A DNA stretch of 64,000 bases from a virus, in the IMG/VR virus record IMGVR_UViG_3300049893_001984, positions 128,335 through 192,334 of that record. The stretch is one strand, 5' to 3'. The position numbers and the translations under genes are program-made. Shown here one piece after another: positions 1 to 7,999 of this stretch (the first letter of the stretch is position 1; each line of letters begins with the position of its first letter). Under the pieces are notes generated by a model. The model had not been told where the DNA came from. It worked only from the letters and a program-made list of their open reading frames with translations, and made no database searches.

Positions 1-804
1 CAAATAGTAGTCGTCGTCATCGCTCACATAGTAGGGATGTGTGTTGGGGGTGGATCTGGTCACCCTTTTTTCTTTGTAATACGCACTGTCCGCCCATTTA
101 CTCGCATGTGCGCTGTATCCAGAGTAGCTCGAGTAGCCCGAGTAGCTCGTGGGTTCAATCGTATGCTTAGCTACAAGGGCGTCCCATTTTGGGTCATGAA
201 GAGCTCCGTATGCTCCTTCAACAACACCGGGCAATTCTGCGTCAAAGAATTTGCCGCCAAGTTGCCACCGACAGCTGTAGCTGTGATTCAACTTGTCCAG
301 GTTGCCCACAGTGATGTGCAGCCCGTCAAATTGCTTCTCGTCGTTGTCGTCCGTTCCTGAGTGGAACGCATTCATTGACGCATGACTGTGAATGGTCCCA
401 AACCGGAACCAGCCGTCTGGCGGATCCGCCAAGGTCGATATGTCGTACTTTGCAGAGGCTGCAGATACTGTCTGGACCGGTACCTGCGCATCCCATTGCT
501 TACTCGTGGGATTATAGATCAACACAACAACGGCCTCTGACTTGTGATCGATGTACACCTTCTCGAAGAAGGACTCGATCTGGCGAAATAACTGTAACGG
601 AAGTTTTACCACCTTGATTTCCACTGATTCAGCCAAGGTGGCCATCCCCGGAAGGGTGTCAACTTTCACCCTGACAGTGTAGAAGTCGTTGCTTATCTGT
701 TTGAAGATCCCGTTACTCCCAATCAGATAGCAAAACTTGTCCTCCGGGTAAGTAACCGCTTGTACTTCGTCCTTTTCAGTGGAAACCGGTGGGTTGCCCA
801 CCAT
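1..804 (-). CDS. JAB/MPN metalloprotease (Prok-JAB, PRTRC protein A-like); partial, runs off the left edge
   Basis: Not in ORF track (no stop in window). Manual translation from ATG 804: MVGNPPVSTEKDEV...KSEAVVVLIYN...FGTIHSHASMNAFHSGTDDNDE...DGLHITVG, with JAMM Glu, HxH and SxxD motif. SD-like AAGGTGG upstream. Confidence 0.88.
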   Translation of the reverse strand, partial: MVGNPPVSTEKDEVQAVTYPEDKFCYLIGSNGIFKQISNDFYTVRVKVDTLPGMATLAESVEIKVVKLPLQLFRQIESFFEKVYIDHKSEAVVVLIYNPTSKQWDAQVPVQTVSAASAKYDISTLADPPDGWFRFGTIHSHASMNAFHSGTDDNDEKQFDGLHITVGNLDKLNHSYSCRWQLGGKFFDAELPGVVEGAYGALHDPKWDALVAKHTIEPTSYSGYSSYSGYSAHASKWADSAYYKEKRVTRSTPNTHPYYVSDDDDYYL

Positions 805-928
805 AGTTACCACCTTTGAGACCTTCTTTTCTATCAGATGTATTGGAAGCCTTGGCACAGGTCTATTCCTTTCTTGTGCTAAGTGATTTTCGGTTAAACT
901 CGCATTGTGCGAATTTAAATTGTTTGGA

Positions 929-1459
929 CTACTGCGGGTCTGCGCCGCTGACAGTGCCTGCAACTTCGGCTGTTGCTTCGGCTGTTGTTGCCGCTGTTTC
1001 TGTTGATGCTTGAACGGGTTCCGTGACAGACGGGGCAGATGCTGGGGTGATTGCTGGCAGCGTCTCAAGTTGTGCAAGTTTGAGTGCTTCAGCTTCAGTC
1101 TCCTGCCTTTCAAGTATCGCTCTCTGTTCATTCAATTCCCTCAGCAACTGGCTTCTTCTTGCAGAAGCCTGCCTTGCCTTCGTCTTGTCGTAGTGTTCTG
1201 TCCGTGACAAAATTCTTTGTAGCTGGGCATACGTTCCAGATTCGTCAATTTGTGACTCTTTTATGCAAAACCTCAACCTAATAGAATGTACTGCGTGTGC
1301 CACTAGGCTTTGCATTGGGGTGCCAACAAAGTTTTCCAAATCCTCGATTGGGCACACTAAAAAAGGATGTAAAATATCCACGATGCTCAGTTTTTTCTGG
1401 GAAGGGATCGCGCTTAGTGAATTTTTGAGTTTTATAAATTCTTCTGACTCACGGGTCAT
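929..1459 (-). CDS. Hypothetical coiled-coil protein with Ala/Thr-rich tail, inside the Ubl cassette
   Basis: Track ORF 929..1492. ATG 1459 forms an ATGA overlap with the E2 stop. Confidence 0.7.
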   Translation of the reverse strand: MTRESEEFIKLKNSLSAIPSQKKLSIVDILHPFLVCPIEDLENFVGTPMQSLVAHAVHSIRLRFCIKESQIDESGTYAQLQRILSRTEHYDKTKARQASARRSQLLRELNEQRAILERQETEAEALKLAQLETLPAITPASAPSVTEPVQASTETAATTAEATAEVAGTVSGADPQ

Positions 1460-2178
1460 GAATTCTCCTCTCTGCCTAGTATGGCGCTGCAAAGACCGTC
1501 TAAGGTCTTTAGCTTGTGTCTCTTAAGTGATAACTTCTTGTAAAACTCCTTGTCGTTCTGGGTCTTGGCGTTCCAATCCTCTAGATTTAAGATGGCGCCA
1601 CCGCTGTCTTCTTCGTACCGGACCTCCAGGTCGTCATTCCACGTTGAATTATAGATGAGCTCCTGCGCCAACGTGTTAATGCGAACAACGCGGGGAAGTG
1701 AGGCGTCGACTCCTACCTCGCCAGTGCAAAAGTGCCCGTGCCCTTGCTCATGTACATTGGGCAAGCACAACGTATGGATCTGTGCACCAGTTCCCAGCAG
1801 GCACACATCATCCTTTACGCCTACTGCGTACACACTGGAGGGTATTTCTTCGGAGAAGTGAAAGAGCCAAAGTGTCCATCCGATGGACAGTTTGTAGTTG
1901 TATGACTTGTTCCGGTCCAGGCCAGGACCGCCACGTTTGTAATGCATACGTACAGGTAGTATCTGCGGCGGTTTCTGAATTACGTACAGCGATGATGGTC
2001 TACCTCCGCGCAGACCCGTCATGTACCGAACACAGTCCTTTGGCAAAGGTCCAGTGTCCGTACCGCGACCCTCTTGTGTTTGCTTCAAGTACTCCGTCAG
2101 GTTCACGTCGTGCATTATCATACGACGTATCTGGAGTACATGGTCACCGCGTATTTCAATCACATCCTCTTCTTCCAT
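1456..2178 (-). CDS. Prokaryotic E2-like protein (Prok-E2_D / PRTRC protein B-like)
   Basis: LPNVHEQGHGHFCTG matches the PNV..G..C.G active-site pattern, and STWNDDL matches the downstream F/W-N-D-L motif. Lies between Ubl and JAB. Confidence 0.8.
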   Translation of the reverse strand: MEEEDVIEIRGDHVLQIRRMIMHDVNLTEYLKQTQEGRGTDTGPLPKDCVRYMTGLRGGRPSSLYVIQKPPQILPVRMHYKRGGPGLDRNKSYNYKLSIGWTLWLFHFSEEIPSSVYAVGVKDDVCLLGTGAQIHTLCLPNVHEQGHGHFCTGEVGVDASLPRVVRINTLAQELIYNSTWNDDLEVRYEEDSGGAILNLEDWNAKTQNDKEFYKKLSLKRHKLKTLDGLCSAILGREENS

Positions 2179-2200
2179 TACTGCGCCTCCTTTTTAAAAG

Positions 2201-2237
2201 AAAAAGCCGAGGAGCGCGGCAGGTGCGCTCCTCGGCT
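2201..2237 (-). terminator. Intrinsic terminator between Ubl and E2
   Basis: 13-bp perfect stem AGCCGAGGAGCGC/GCGCTCCTCGGCT followed on the minus strand by TTTTCTTTT. Confidence 0.75.
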
Positions 2238-2272
2238 GGTGTTTATGCTACGACAAACTGCTTACGTAACGG

Positions 2273-2497
2273 CTAGCAGCCCTTCTCGGACGCCATCTTC
2301 ACGAACTCCAGGCGCTGACCGGCCTGGAGGCGGGTTTCGCCGCTGACGGGCATGCCGTCGATGCGGGCCTCGACGTTGCTCGGGAGGTTCAGAACATCCG
2401 TGTACTCATTCCGGATGTCGTTGACCGTGTGGCCAACGATGCTGTCGAGGGTCATCTGGTGCACATTGAACTTCAGCATTGCGGTTTCGCCGTTCAT
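2273..2497 (-). CDS. Ubiquitin-like (beta-grasp, ThiS/MoaD-like) protein
   Basis: 74 aa. TVNDIR...LNLP...ARIDG..V.GETRLQAGQRLEFVK pattern, C-terminus ASEKGC. Confidence 0.85.
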   Translation of the reverse strand: MNGETAMLKFNVHQMTLDSIVGHTVNDIRNEYTDVLNLPSNVEARIDGMPVSGETRLQAGQRLEFVKMASEKGC

Positions 2498-2648
2498 CTT
2501 TCTTTTCTCCTTTGACGCTTGGCGTCAGGGTTGTGTTTTGGTGTGTGTTCGCAGCAGTGTATTCCATAGCCACACCTTGTATGGATACCCTGCCAACTGC
2601 TGTGGGCGTGGCTGTGCCTGAAATCGCTCTTTCTAAGCACAGTATATG

Positions 2649-3011
2649 TCAATCAATGTCAAGCTCGGAGAATACTACCCGGTTAGTTGGCATTGATTTA
2701 TAAACAAGCGGTTTCACAGCTTCGGCAGTAACTACTGGCGATGCTTGTTTCTCCGCCTTTATTAGGGGCAACTCGAAGTCAAACCCACGGGGAGGGGATA
2801 GGGGCTTCACGGTTCCACTGTCCCAATCCGAGAGGCGTGTTACCACGCACTTGAACCCTTTATTGCCTGCTTTGTGTTCTGATGTAAGGTACAGGTGGGC
2901 GGACCTCCACCCGAGCTCCAAGGTGACGGGGAGTGATATTACCTCCCAGTCACCTTTCTCTTCCTTACCCAGAATAGCAAAGCGCTCCTTGCCCTCTGCT
3001 GTCTGTGCCAC
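2649..3011 (-). CDS. Hypothetical protein
   Basis: 120-aa ORF, co-oriented, good SD. Confidence 0.65.
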   Translation of the reverse strand: MAQTAEGKERFAILGKEEKGDWEVISLPVTLELGWRSAHLYLTSEHKAGNKGFKCVVTRLSDWDSGTVKPLSPPRGFDFELPLIKAEKQASPVVTAEAVKPLVYKSMPTNRVVFSELDID

Positions 3012-3016
3012 GTGCC

Positions 3017-3769
3017 TTATTCTCCTTCAAGTACGTTGAGGAGCTTTTCGGCTTTGTCACGGACGGTCCTGACTGTTGCGCGAAGATCTTTTACAACCAG
3101 CTTCAAGGTTTCGCGCTTAGCCTCATCGGGCATTTTGTTGACTTCACGCAAGGCTTCTACCACCTCGTCCAGCTTACGGGTAAGGCCGTCAGCCATAGAG
3201 GTTGTAGACCGGAAGACGACGGCAGGGGATATGCCCCCACGGTTGTCGACCTTGTGCCCACGCTTAACAGCTTCAACTTTCGTCTTCTTATTCAACTGCT
3301 TTACTGTCTCCTGCATGTCTTGTCTTGAAATCTCACCATTGACAAGATTTGTCAGGAGTTCCTTTCGCTTGGTGTGATCCTGGATGGAAAGTGTGTAATT
3401 GAGATCTCGCCAGGAGACTTTCATCTCAATGTAAGGATCCAGGCTCTTCACATCTGGAAATGCCTTGTACAGACGGTGGAATGCTCGTACAGATTCCACG
3501 TCGTACCCAATGCTCTGCCCGAAGTACTCGGCTGTGCTCTTACCGTACTTGTCCGGACTATCCAAGAGTTCGGCCACAAACTCACCTTTCTCCCAGTGAG
3601 ATGTGATAATGTCCTCGCGGATCTTCCTATCCTTCTTCGTGAAGTATTCAACCTTTTGGTTAAAACGCTCAACCAGTTTCTTGTCCTTGATTTCAAGTTT
3701 CAAGGTGTGGTTGATTGTCTTAACAGGTGCTGCACTCTTGGCCTCAGCCAGTTGTGACGACATGGCCAT
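3017..3769 (-). CDS. DUF1016 (YhcG) N-terminal-like helical DNA-binding protein with C-terminal coiled coil
   Basis: HWEKGEFV...KYGKSTAEYF...FHRLYKAFP...VSWRDLNYTLSIQD...ISRQDMQETVK follows the DUF1016_N pattern. Confidence 0.55.
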   Translation of the reverse strand: MAMSSQLAEAKSAAPVKTINHTLKLEIKDKKLVERFNQKVEYFTKKDRKIREDIITSHWEKGEFVAELLDSPDKYGKSTAEYFGQSIGYDVESVRAFHRLYKAFPDVKSLDPYIEMKVSWRDLNYTLSIQDHTKRKELLTNLVNGEISRQDMQETVKQLNKKTKVEAVKRGHKVDNRGGISPAVVFRSTTSMADGLTRKLDEVVEALREVNKMPDEAKRETLKLVVKDLRATVRTVRDKAEKLLNVLEGE

Positions 3770-4208
3770 CTCCTAGTAAATCGTGTAAAAGCGGCGGTTT
3801 TATGGATGATTCGGATTCAGCTGCAGCGGTTCTAAACGACTTAGAAAGCGACTTCAGCATGATCCATCTGTCGTAAAGGTTTAGGAGCCAGTGAGCCACC
3901 TCTAGCTGTTTCTCCGGAACCCCTACTAAATGCAGCTCAACTAGAGCTTTGTATTCTCTTTCGGAGAGCAGATCTTTTGGTACGTTTCGTATCTCGCGCA
4001 AGGCCATCTGACCGAGCACAACCCTCAGGTTTATTGCCAACCTGTGTGTTGGGTTGTATGTAGCGAGATTGAAGAAAACATTCGTAGTGCTCTTCGAAAC
4101 TTTTAATTCATTAAGTTTGTTGAAAAGCTCTCCAAGCTGCCTTCTGTCGCCAGGCGCCGAAGCTTTTACCCTTTTTAGTGATGCTGGTTCTACGGGTTCC
4201 ATATGCAA
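3744..4208 (-). CDS. Hypothetical protein
   Basis: 154-aa ORF overlapping neighbours in an operon. Confidence 0.6.
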   Translation of the reverse strand: MHMEPVEPASLKRVKASAPGDRRQLGELFNKLNELKVSKSTTNVFFNLATYNPTHRLAINLRVVLGQMALREIRNVPKDLLSEREYKALVELHLVGVPEKQLEVAHWLLNLYDRWIMLKSLSKSFRTAAAESESSIKPPLLHDLLGDGHVVTTG

Positions 4209-4657
4209 GCCAACCCTTCCAAAAAGTCACTCCATGTTTGTAAGTAACACAAACCCATGTCATGACTGCAAGCAAGCCTTACCTGGTCTTTTAGGTAGGG
4301 CATTGGCGTGAAATTGTGCAAAATCACAATGTTGGAAGGTCCAAGGGTGCACACAAGCCCCTTGTACTCTTTTCCTCCTTCAAGCATCTCTTCAAAATAT
4401 GCCCAGGCTTTTGTTGATTTTATGTTTAAAAGCGTCTTACCTGGATCGATCGAAACTCTTGCTGAAGCCAGGTATATTGGCATCCCACCGATCCTGCTTC
4501 TAAGCCAGTCAAAACCACGCTCAGAAGCTTGGCTGTCCTCGGTTGATATTTCGAACTTTTGAACAAACGCTTTAACCGCCCGCACAGCTAGAGTGCAGTT
4601 GCCTTTTGCGTTCCTTTCTTCTGCGTTTAACTGCATGTTTTCTAGAAACCCGCCCAT
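4190..4657 (-). CDS. Hypothetical protein
   Basis: 155-aa ORF with SD. Confidence 0.6.
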   Translation of the reverse strand: MGGFLENMQLNAEERNAKGNCTLAVRAVKAFVQKFEISTEDSQASERGFDWLRSRIGGMPIYLASARVSIDPGKTLLNIKSTKAWAYFEEMLEGGKEYKGLVCTLGPSNIVILHNFTPMPYLKDQVRLACSHDMGLCYLQTWSDFLEGLACIWNP

Positions 4658-4669
4658 TTCATCCCCTTA

Positions 4670-5215
4670 TTAGTCAGCTCTTCTGACAAGAGCCATGAAC
4701 TTGGCTATGTCTTTTAGAGTGGGTTTATCTTCTATGTTCATAAACAGAACAGAGGGGTGGATACTTAAAACTAGGGCAAGAGCTTTGACCTTTTCTTCGT
4801 CAGGAACGACATTATTACTCTCTATGTAAGAGATAACTGATTGAGGAGTCTTATGACCTATTCCTGACATCAGTTTTGAAATCTGAAGCTGCGACATGTT
4901 TCTTGCCTTACGCCACAGCTTAATGTTATGTCCGAAGGAAAACGACAAGTCGCCTGAGTAGGTCGGTAATTTTACCTGCTCCGGCTTTTCTTCTCTTTGT
5001 ACGTAATCTGCTGGGTTTTCACCGCCATTGAATTGGAGGTGACTGGGCTTTACCCAGTAAGGCTTGTGCTTGTTCCCGAAGAGGGTTGCCACACGCCCAA
5101 GGTTCTTCTTGTCGTGTGGTCTTACATCCTTGATAGCAAAGCCAACTTCTCCGCGCTTTGCTATCTTCATCCCCTTATCAGTCCTGATGCAACATCTAGC
5201 TGTTACGCTAGCCAT
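4670..5215 (-). CDS. XRE-family HTH transcriptional regulator with extra N-terminal domain
   Basis: FGHNIKLWRKARNMSQLQIS...QSVISYIESN..VPDEEKVKALALVLSIHPSVLF. Confidence 0.85.
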   Translation of the reverse strand: MASVTARCCIRTDKGMKIAKRGEVGFAIKDVRPHDKKNLGRVATLFGNKHKPYWVKPSHLQFNGGENPADYVQREEKPEQVKLPTYSGDLSFSFGHNIKLWRKARNMSQLQISKLMSGIGHKTPQSVISYIESNNVVPDEEKVKALALVLSIHPSVLFMNIEDKPTLKDIAKFMALVRRAD

Positions 5216-5223
5216 GAAAGTTC

Positions 5224-5259
5224 CTCCGCCCGTAATCCATGTGTACGATACGGGCGGAG
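5224..5259 (-). promoter_or_regulatory. Hairpin overlapping the SD of the XRE gene
   Basis: 11-bp stem CTCCGCCCGTA/TACGGGCGGAG. The 3' arm contains GGAG of the GGAGG SD upstream of ATG 5215. Confidence 0.55.
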
Positions 5260-5277
5260 TGAACTATGTCAAATGCA

Positions 5278-6546
5278 TTACAACTCTGCGTCTTCCGGCA
5301 AGGACTCAACCTTGCTGGCGTTCTCCAGTATGTTCAAGTCAACGTTATGTTTAGAACAAGCTGGCATTTCTCCGTCGTAGATCTTGTGGCGGATGATTCC
5401 AAGCGCCTTCTGTAAATCTACGAACAGGTTACGGTCTTCTCTGATCATACGACCAAGGTCTCGACCATGAGTACCACTGACCCCAAGCCGCTTACAGTCG
5501 TAGAAGTCAGACCCAACTGACCGGACAGCACAAATGTCCTTTAGCTGGTTACGCATGTTCTCGCCCAGGTAATCCGAAGAATTCTGGGCAAGGTCCAGGA
5601 ATCTGGCCGTTGACTCGTCCCAATCCCACAAGGCGCCACTGGTGTCGGTTTCAGGGTCCTTGTAGCTGATAAAGTCAAAGTTGAACTTACGGTCAGAAAC
5701 ACCCCAGCTAGACTTCTGACAATGGAACTGCACGGAGTGGATCTCGTGGTCAAGTTTTCGGACCTCTCCGTTTATGTAGAACTGTGCTCGTTCCTTCTTG
5801 CCTACGTTAGCCAGGTAGTAATACAAGGAGGCGAAGAACTTCTGTGCGACACCCCCAGGTGTGTGCTTGACTGCAGGTCTCCCAGGCATGGCACTTGGCT
5901 TTTCCTTCAGATGGTTAATTACCACAAGTGTTTGCGGGTAACCAACCAACAGCGGTATGAACACCTTGAAGTACTTGTCCCAGCCCAAGGCTGCTATGGC
6001 AAACGCCTTATCTGCAAACCCATCCTTCATGACCTTCTCAACCTGGGTAGCAGCGTCGACGCCTGTTAGGGAGTCAATAATCATGCACAAGGGCGTATCG
6101 GTAGCCTTTATCTTATGCGTGTATCTTATGCAGTCTGTGAGAATACTCATAACCTGCTGTGCGTCTGTCGCAGGATCTATGAGCATCTTCTTGTTTTCGT
6201 AATGACCCCGAAGCATGGCCTTAACCATACTGTGCGAGATCTTTTCACCTTCTGTGTCAACCAGTCTGGAGAAGCCTCCGATGTCAGCAAACCATCTTGC
6301 TATCTCGAAGCCCATCCCTGACTTGTGTGAAGCAGGAAACCCAGCAAACCCAACCATCTTGGATAGTGGCAGCACGTTTGAGTCGGATACCCACATTAGG
6401 GCCAGACTCGGGAACTCAATCCCTACGACACGGCTTTCGCCTGTTTCTGCGAAGTACGATCCAGAGGTCTTCGCTCCTATCATCTTTGAAAGAAAGTTGG
6501 GTTCCTGTTCCTTGTCTTCTGTTGAAACTTTATTTCTCTTAGCCAT
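5278..6546 (-). CDS. recA: RecA/UvsX-like recombinase
   Basis: Walker A GFPASHKS, LVDTE, Walker B IIDSL, VVINH, TPGG.AQKFFAS. Confidence 0.88.
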   Translation of the reverse strand: MAKRNKVSTEDKEQEPNFLSKMIGAKTSGSYFAETGESRVVGIEFPSLALMWVSDSNVLPLSKMVGFAGFPASHKSGMGFEIARWFADIGGFSRLVDTEGEKISHSMVKAMLRGHYENKKMLIDPATDAQQVMSILTDCIRYTHKIKATDTPLCMIIDSLTGVDAATQVEKVMKDGFADKAFAIAALGWDKYFKVFIPLLVGYPQTLVVINHLKEKPSAMPGRPAVKHTPGGVAQKFFASLYYYLANVGKKERAQFYINGEVRKLDHEIHSVQFHCQKSSWGVSDRKFNFDFISYKDPETDTSGALWDWDESTARFLDLAQNSSDYLGENMRNQLKDICAVRSVGSDFYDCKRLGVSGTHGRDLGRMIREDRNLFVDLQKALGIIRHKIYDGEMPACSKHNVDLNILENASKVESLPEDAEL

Positions 6547-6572
6547 GTACTACCTCGCCTACTACAAATTAC

Positions 6573-6601
6573 AAAAAGGTCAGTGCCCTTTACACTGACC
6601 T
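6573..6601 (-). terminator. Intrinsic terminator
   Basis: 9-bp stem AGGTCAGTG/CACTGACCT plus T-tract on the minus strand. Confidence 0.6.
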
Positions 6602-6624
6602 GTCAAAGGTATGTTGGCTAAGAT

Positions 6625-7986
6625 TTACTTGCCGTTCACCATAGGCAGCATTGACTGTTGCATCGTGCGCTTCATTTCAGCAACACGGGCAAGGTGCTGA
6701 GCCCTTGTGTCTATGATCGGTGTTGGAACCTTGGGTTCCTCGGCGGGTTCGGCAGCAGGGGTTGAAGCCCGCTCGCTGCCTCCCTCAAAAGGGATTTCAT
6801 TCTCCGGGATACCAAGGTACTCCTGTGAGCCCTGCGGGTTCGGCTTTACGTTGGGCTTTGCCTGGCTAAACGGATTGACAGGCGTTGCGGCATACGTAGG
6901 ACGAGCCCCAACAAAGGGAGATGGCGCGACAGACACAGGGGTCTGCGCTGCCATCTTTGGCTTACCAACAGCGGGAGCGTACTGATGCTCGGGCTGTGGA
7001 GCGGCAGGCTGGACAGATTGTGGTACTGATATCTGCACAGACTGCTGGTAAGGCGTTCGCGGAGGCGGATAATTGACAGTTGTCTGTCCCATCCGCTCAA
7101 ACGAACCATGAATTTCATTCGGAAGCATGCCGTAGAATTTGGTCTCACGAAGACCAATATCAACAGCTTCAACCGGATAGTGCTCAAGCAAGGTATTAAC
7201 CTGCTGTTCTGCTGTCATGTAGTACAGCAGTTTTTCCCATGGGACGTATTCCGCAGCGACAAACGAAAGGTCGAGCGGCATGGGTTCGGGGTCCAAGGTG
7301 ATTTCGTACCTCTGTACAGTTTTTCCAAGTACAGCCGGTATGTTTGTAACTATCAATGCCCGACCTTTTGTGGTGGAGCAAACATCGCTAGCAACGAACG
7401 ACCCATTAGTGTCACGAGCGTTACAAATCGCTTCCATAGACTGACGGCCAGACTCGCTCAAGCAAAGCACCATGGGGTGCGAAGGCTCGGGCTGCTTCTG
7501 GTCATTGAGTACTGGAAGACCGCCGAGGGTTATCAGGGCACCCTGAACCATCATAGCCTGCGCAACACGCGGAAGCTTGAGGAAGGAAGGCCCACCTTTT
7601 GGCATCGTTGCGCGGTACTTCGGCCAGGATTCCCAATCCTCAGGGAACCGGCGCGGGGTGTCCTTGAGTGCCTTTGACAAGTTAAACGTAAACTTATCCA
7701 GAGGACCCCATTCACCAACTGGTGCACCTTTCATTGCCGTAAGGCAGGTCAGGCGACCATCACGACCACCGTTGCGGATCATACGACGAGCGGTGACCCA
7801 ACCGGAGAAGTCAAAGTCGCTGGGGCTGTTGCGCCAAGGAACTTCAACTCCGTCCTTTACTTCCGGATAGGGCCTAAAAACAGTAACCCCTTTTGCATTT
7901 GGAAAGACCACTTTATGCGGATATTCGCCGTTCAGCATCAAAAAGTTGCCACCTGCACTCTTAGTCACATCCTCTTTGTACGACAT
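6625..7986 (-). CDS. Probable single-stranded DNA-binding protein with long Pro/Gln/Ala-rich C-terminal tail
   Basis: Position between polymerase and recA. TVFRPYP resembles the gp32-type IRFLP motif. Start reassigned to ATG 7986 (MSYKEDV), just after the polymerase stop. Confidence 0.5.
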   Translation of the reverse strand: MSYKEDVTKSAGGNFLMLNGEYPHKVVFPNAKGVTVFRPYPEVKDGVEVPWRNSPSDFDFSGWVTARRMIRNGGRDGRLTCLTAMKGAPVGEWGPLDKFTFNLSKALKDTPRRFPEDWESWPKYRATMPKGGPSFLKLPRVAQAMMVQGALITLGGLPVLNDQKQPEPSHPMVLCLSESGRQSMEAICNARDTNGSFVASDVCSTTKGRALIVTNIPAVLGKTVQRYEITLDPEPMPLDLSFVAAEYVPWEKLLYYMTAEQQVNTLLEHYPVEAVDIGLRETKFYGMLPNEIHGSFERMGQTTVNYPPPRTPYQQSVQISVPQSVQPAAPQPEHQYAPAVGKPKMAAQTPVSVAPSPFVGARPTYAATPVNPFSQAKPNVKPNPQGSQEYLGIPENEIPFEGGSERASTPAAEPAEEPKVPTPIIDTRAQHLARVAEMKRTMQQSMLPMVNGK

Positions 7987-7999
7987 GTTAACCTCTCTC

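Noticed and set aside
121-150. 9-bp tandem repeat (GAGTAGCYC)
   Set aside because: Simply encodes the low-complexity SYSGYSSYSGYS tail of the JAB protein.
37-617. Plus-strand ORFs 37..360 and 375..617, or an E1/ThiF gene here
   Set aside because: They are antisense shadows of the JAB gene. No GxGxxG ThiF motif in any ORF of the window.
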